Notes under the pieces: generated by a model | Database searches by the model: none | What the model saw: the letters and a program-made list of their open reading frames with translations, nothing else | What the model was told of the DNA's origin: nothing | Assembly: GCA_010093705.1 (NCBI GenBank) | Contig: MU006116.1 | Location: 223,424 to 262,701 of the forward strand | Reading direction: 5' to 3' | Origin: Patellaria atrata CBS 101060 | Taxonomy: Eukaryota | Length of the DNA stretch: 39,278 nucleotides | Part shown: piece after piece, positions 34,809 to 39,278 of the stretch | How positions within the stretch are numbered: the first letter of the stretch is position 1 | Layout: each line of letters starts with the position of its first letter | Program-made: the position numbers and the translations under genes

Positions 34809-35161
34809 TGTCAGATATATGAATAGCTGATAGATTGAAGGATGTCGCTTGATTCTACAAATGAGAGCTGCAGAGAGCTGATTATATACAACAGTATTGT
34901 TCCAAAACGAACGTTCCGTAACGGACGGGACGGAGACATACTAATCGTACTAAACACGACTAAATACGACTAAAACACGACTAAGAGACGACGCTATCGT
35001 GTTTTCTATCTCTTCGGTTAGACGATACAAAAGAGGGTAAGTGACCACGCTATGCTGGGGTCAGTGGTCGGCGATCAGCACGACCGATCACAACAGAGAA
35101 TAGAAGAAACAATACTGCCACCACTGCCACCACTGCCACCACCAGGATATCCAGTCTGACA
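34809..35161. mobile_element. Solo LTR (second family) inserted just upstream of the NB-ARC P-loop
   Basis: TGTCAGA...TCTGACA termini; TSD TGTGA at 34804-34808 and 35162-35166. Excision restores GRESQLAEL. Contains short tandem repeats (ACGACTAA; CTGCCACCA x3). Confidence 0.9.
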
Positions 35162-35393
35162 TGTGACTCTCGACCCACGAAATGATCGTTTCGGGAAAAC
35201 GGAATGATAGACGGTGCGCTAGTAGCTGCTTCCACTTCCATCTAGGGTCTTCCCAATGCTTTCTCCTTTCCCTCGCCATAGGAGGTTAGCATGGAGATAT
35301 CGAGAATTCTAAAAGGGCAGTATATATTGTCTTCTTCAGTTGTTTTGCGATTTTCGGCCCATTCCATTCGCTCGGATATAGTGAATCCGTCTA

Positions 35394-35489
35394 GAATAGG
35401 GATTTATGAAGATAGAAGAGTAGCTCCATAGCACAAGAGGCTGCATGCGCAGTATTGTAGATAATGCAATACAATGGATTAAAAAAAAA
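35394..35489 (+). mobile_element. 5'-truncated non-LTR retroposon (LINE/SINE 3' end)
   Basis: 96-bp insert ending in A9, flanked by GAATCCGTCTA and GAATTCGTCTA (11-bp TSD, one mismatch). It interrupts the HET frame at PLDEF/LDGF. Confidence 0.75.
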
Positions 35490-35654
35490 GAATTCGTCTA
35501 AGGGACAACCCGATATCGCTTTAAGTGGAACGCTACTGATATCACATACCAGCTGTTTAAGAGATATTTTATCGCCTATCCGACGTCCTTCACTGGAAAA
35601 GAACTCGACTGATACAGGAGCAATAAGTTCTTGAAGTGTCCAACCTTGAGTAAA

Positions 35655-35923
35655 TGTTAGATGGTGAGGCTCGCTACCGGGTAAATGTATGCTTACTAGT
35701 TCAAAACAGTAGTGAAAACAATGGTATGGAACGGTAGCTTGAGACAGAGCGTCAAACCGTATTAAAATAGATCTCTGACAAGAGCACGGATCTATGGTGT
35801 TTTATCTGTTCTCTTTCTGACCCAGTATCATTGTCAACTGTTCAGTAGATAGTCCGTATCTCTCTCAGTAGTTGCAAATCAAGCGATATATTCAATGCAT
35901 CTGCAGATCCAGTTTATCTAACA
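35655..35923 (+). repeat. 5' LTR of the Copia element, followed by the primer-binding site
   Basis: TGTTAGAT...ATCTAACA (8-bp inverted termini), then GTTACGAGCCC, which resembles the GGTTATGAGCCC PBS of fungal Copia elements. Confidence 0.88.
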
Positions 35924-38281
35924 GTTACGAGCCCGGACTTTGTGTTGTTTTGAAGCCGTACATCTTGCTCAATTTCGATCCGTTTATACTCATCTCATTT
36001 TGAATCGATATATTCGAATCTTTTGAAGTCAGCTGTGCTGCTCCACCGTTGTTTTTACCTATCTCTTGTGCTATCAATTTAGATATGTCGACTTCAACAA
36101 ATCCTTCGTCTCAAGTGGCCACAGTCACTCTGAAAGATGCCTCTGACTGGCACAATTGGTACTATCTTATCAAGAATCAGGCGGAAATGGAAGATATCTG
36201 GGAATATTGTGATCCAGATCTTCAAGAGAAACCTGAGTTACCATCATCACCGCCCAACCGGCCAATGTGAAAGAATGGCTCCGTACAGGCACTCCACCAA
36301 CTGGAGAGACCCAAGCATCTATGACCGGATTGTACACCTCGTTTAGAGCTAACGCCAGAGATCAATCAGAAAAGAGAGCCAAGATCGTGAAACTCTATTC
36401 TCTGATTACGAGTACTGTTCCAGCCAGCAACCTACCGTTAAGTGAGGAGACGAAAGAACCATACACCCTTTTAAAGAAGCTTAAGTCAAGATTTAAGCTT
36501 GAAGACCGGACGATTCGGAACGAAGCATACAGCAGGTATCTACATCATCTGCGAACAATTAGAAAGAGAGATATTGACGCTTGGTGTACAACTTACCTAG
36601 GCTTGTATGAAGACTGCATCCGTTTTAAAGTCCCCGAAGTGGCCGGAGAAGGTCCAATTAGGGATCTACTAAACACTCTAGCCAAAACCTATGAACAATG
36701 GGCAACAGCCAAAGCTGTCAACGTAAACGACCAGCTCGACGCAAATGAAAAGGTCGAAATTTCGATGATCATATCTCAATTCCGCAATTACCACAAAGCC
36801 CAGACAATCAAAGACCCAGTTGGAGGTGTGTTTGCTGCACTCCAAGGCCAGTCTCTCGATGAATCCACCACACAAGCTATTGTTTCCACGGCAAAGAAGA
36901 CGTCTAGAAATGGCCGTCTTAAGAAGTGCCTTTGTGGGAAAGACCACCGTTGGGGAGCCTGCCCTTATATCAATCCACGAGCTACAAAGCCAAAAGACTA
37001 TTCCGAGACCACCCAAAAGCTCGTTGATACCAAGATTTTGGAGCTAAATGAGTGGCAACGACTCGCAATCCAGAAAATTCGAACATCTAGGCCAGAGAAG
37101 GCTAAAGATGAGAAGGAAGACGCCTCTAAATCTGACGACAATCGAAAAGGAGACATTGGTATGTTCGTTGGAGCAAAGTTTTCGGGTCCTGCAGACATCG
37201 TGTTGGCAAATGCACGTTCTTCTAACAAACACTGGCTTCACGACTCCGTTCTTCTTGATTCGGGATCTAGCATCATATAACCAACGATCGGTCAAATTTT
37301 GAGATTGAAAGTTACTGCGATAATCGATGGATTGAAGTAGGAAAGGGGTCATGCCAGATATTAGCGAAAGGCAGGTGGACAATTGAAGTTGAAGGACTAG
37401 AGGGTACCCGAAGAATGATTTTCAGGGAAGCTTATCTCTGTCCGGACTTTAATGCCTCTGTTATTGGTCTCAAAAGCCTTAGAAAACGGGGAGAATTTTG
37501 GAACCACCGTCGTGGCTGTCTTGAGTACGAAAACGGAGATATGATGTGTAAAGTTTTGGAAAAAGGCGACCATTATCTATTGAACTATAAAGATGTTGTT
37601 CAAGTCGGATCAGTATTTACTGCTCACAAATCAACAGACCCAAACCCTCCAGTAAGCGCAACAAGTAGACGTTGGCATCGGATTATGGGCCATTCCGGGC
37701 CTGAGGCAATCAAGCATCTTACTACCGATGTAGTAGGAGCAGAAATAGATGGCAGAGGACCATCTACAATTGATTGCGAGGTTTGTGCTGTCTCAAAGGC
37801 AACAGAAATTGTCAGTCGACGCCCTTTAGACGAGCCGGCAACACGGATTTTCCAACGGGTATCCTATGATATTGTATCATTCCCACCGGGTTATAATGGC
37901 CATCGTTATCTCACCCACTACCATTGCGACTACTCTCACTGGATTGATCTAGAGACGTTAGCGACAAAGCTAGAGACGAATGAAAGTAATCGCAAGTATT
38001 TTAAACGCACCAGAACTCAGTTTGGAGTTGAAATTCAAAGATTCAAAAGTGACAACGAGACAGCGTTAGGAAAAGCTCACAATAGGCTTTTAGATGAGAC
38101 AGGTACGATAGCAGAGCCTTCAGCTCCGGATACTCCAGCCTAGAATGGTGATGCTGAACGATCTGGAAGGGTGATTATTACCAAGGCTCGTTCCATGTCC
38201 ACTGATTCTATGATCCCTTGGGAGCTTTGGACGGAAATTGTAGCAGCAGCAGTGTTTATTAACAATCGGACACCTCATCGA

Positions 38282-38444
38282 TGTGAGCGGCCTCTAGTAA
38301 TTGTGTTCCAACTATCTAGTCCAGATGCTATCTACAATCAAGATGAAGAAGAAGAGAAGAGTCTGAGGGTAGGTTTGAAGGAAATATTACTGGCTGATCT
38401 TCGGATGTAGGGCATCCCATACCACTAGGCTCTAGCCTGTTACA
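38282..38444. mobile_element. Nested solo LTR inside the Copia integrase region
   Basis: TGTGA...TTACA, 163 bp; TSD ATCGA at 38277-38281 and 38445-38449. Excision restores NRTPHRSLNWKTPFQ. Confidence 0.9.
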
Positions 38445-39278
38445 ATCGATCGCTTAACTGGAAGACACCGTTTCAAGTAGTAACAGGGCGAAAACCGAAT
38501 ATATCTCACCTTAAAACATACGGTTGCCGAGCATACGTCCTAGATAAGCACATTCCACGTCTCCAAAATCTCCGACCTAGAGCAATGATTGGATATCTTG
38601 TAGGCTACGATTCCACAAACATCTACAGGTTCCCAGCAGGAAACGGGTGTTCCGATCCAGAGACGTCAAATTCAACGAAGATCGGTTCTATGATCCAACA
38701 GTGCTGGATTTCGGTCATTTACTACGTGAGAGAGCTGATGAGGTGATCGTTATGCTTGAAGTTCCCCCTATGATCACTACAATTGAAGAAGTTGACGAAC
38801 CAGTGCTCCTTGAAGATATCGTGGACGCTGAGGCGACTCAAGTTTGCAATTTGAAGCAGACGACGCAAACAGCAGTTGGCAAGGCCAAAGATGGAAGGGT
38901 GGACCAGTCCGGGACATTTCCTACCCCCCCTCCAGACACACCTCCAACATCAGACTCACCGTCAAATTCGCATGTTTTAACACCAACTTCAACACCTTAA
39001 CTCTCAGCACAACCACAGCAACTAGATAGAACAACTGGAAATGCTGACGAAGCGCAAGAAACGAGTCTCAGTGGCCCTACGGATTCAGCTGATGCTATGG
39101 AAGACCCCGAGGCCGCGCCGCCAAGCGTATCACTCTCCGACCATCCACGACAGAGGCAATCGTCGTCTTCTTTAAGGACAGATGAAGAAGGAGAGGTAAT
39201 AGAGGTAGAGAGGGGGCAAGATAAACCCACACAGGAAGAGCTAGTGGAGCAGCAGATCCAAAGCGAGCTTCATACCAG

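Larger units (their letters stand above)
33200..35654 (-). pseudogene. HET - NB-ARC - TPR NLR-type (heterokaryon-incompatibility-like) pseudogene
   Basis: HET C-terminus FTQGWTLQELIAP...ERMEWAENRKTT..YGEG; IPFSRNDHFVGRES|QLAELE; P-loop GPEGVGKS; LPLAVVQAAAY; VHQLVH; TPR KRVLGDEHPDTLTSMANL. Interrupted by insertions, stops and frameshifts. Confidence 0.9.
35655..39278 (+). mobile_element. Ty1/Copia LTR retrotransposon, degenerate, continuing beyond the window
   Basis: 5' LTR and PBS. Gag from ATG 36085 with knuckle CLCGKDHRWGAC, protease LLDSGSS, WHRIMGH..CEVC, integrase D..SDNE..AER and SH3-like GCRAY..GYLVGY..RDVKFNE. Frameshifts near 36267, 37280 and 38630; stops at 38141 and 38998. Confidence 0.95.

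Overview
Filamentous-ascomycete genomic window with GT-AG introns of about 50-70 nt; the organism cannot be named from the sequence. Intact genes: the 3' end of an aldose 1-epimerase, an intronless Pif1-family helicase with a palindromic double MCB box upstream, a CE15 glucuronoyl esterase, a zinc-dependent (butanediol-type) dehydrogenase, an IMPACT-domain protein, a secreted six-hairpin glycosidase-like protein, a very divergent PDR-type ABC transporter, a GH10 xylanase, a small MazG-like ORF and a P-loop kinase-HAD-UPRTase fusion. The right end holds a HET-NB-ARC-TPR NLR pseudogene broken by four retro-insertions: two solo LTRs, a poly(A) fragment and a Copia element that itself carries a nested solo LTR. 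The most unusual signal, absent from the ORF track, is at 3906-4955: a secreted repeat-protein gene built from about ten small phase-0 exons. Each internal exon encodes one repeat, starting [I/V/S]-K-x-R (once ISVR) and mostly ending in V-P, which suggests a one-exon-one-peptide precursor. All family assignments come from motif recognition by eye; no searches were run.
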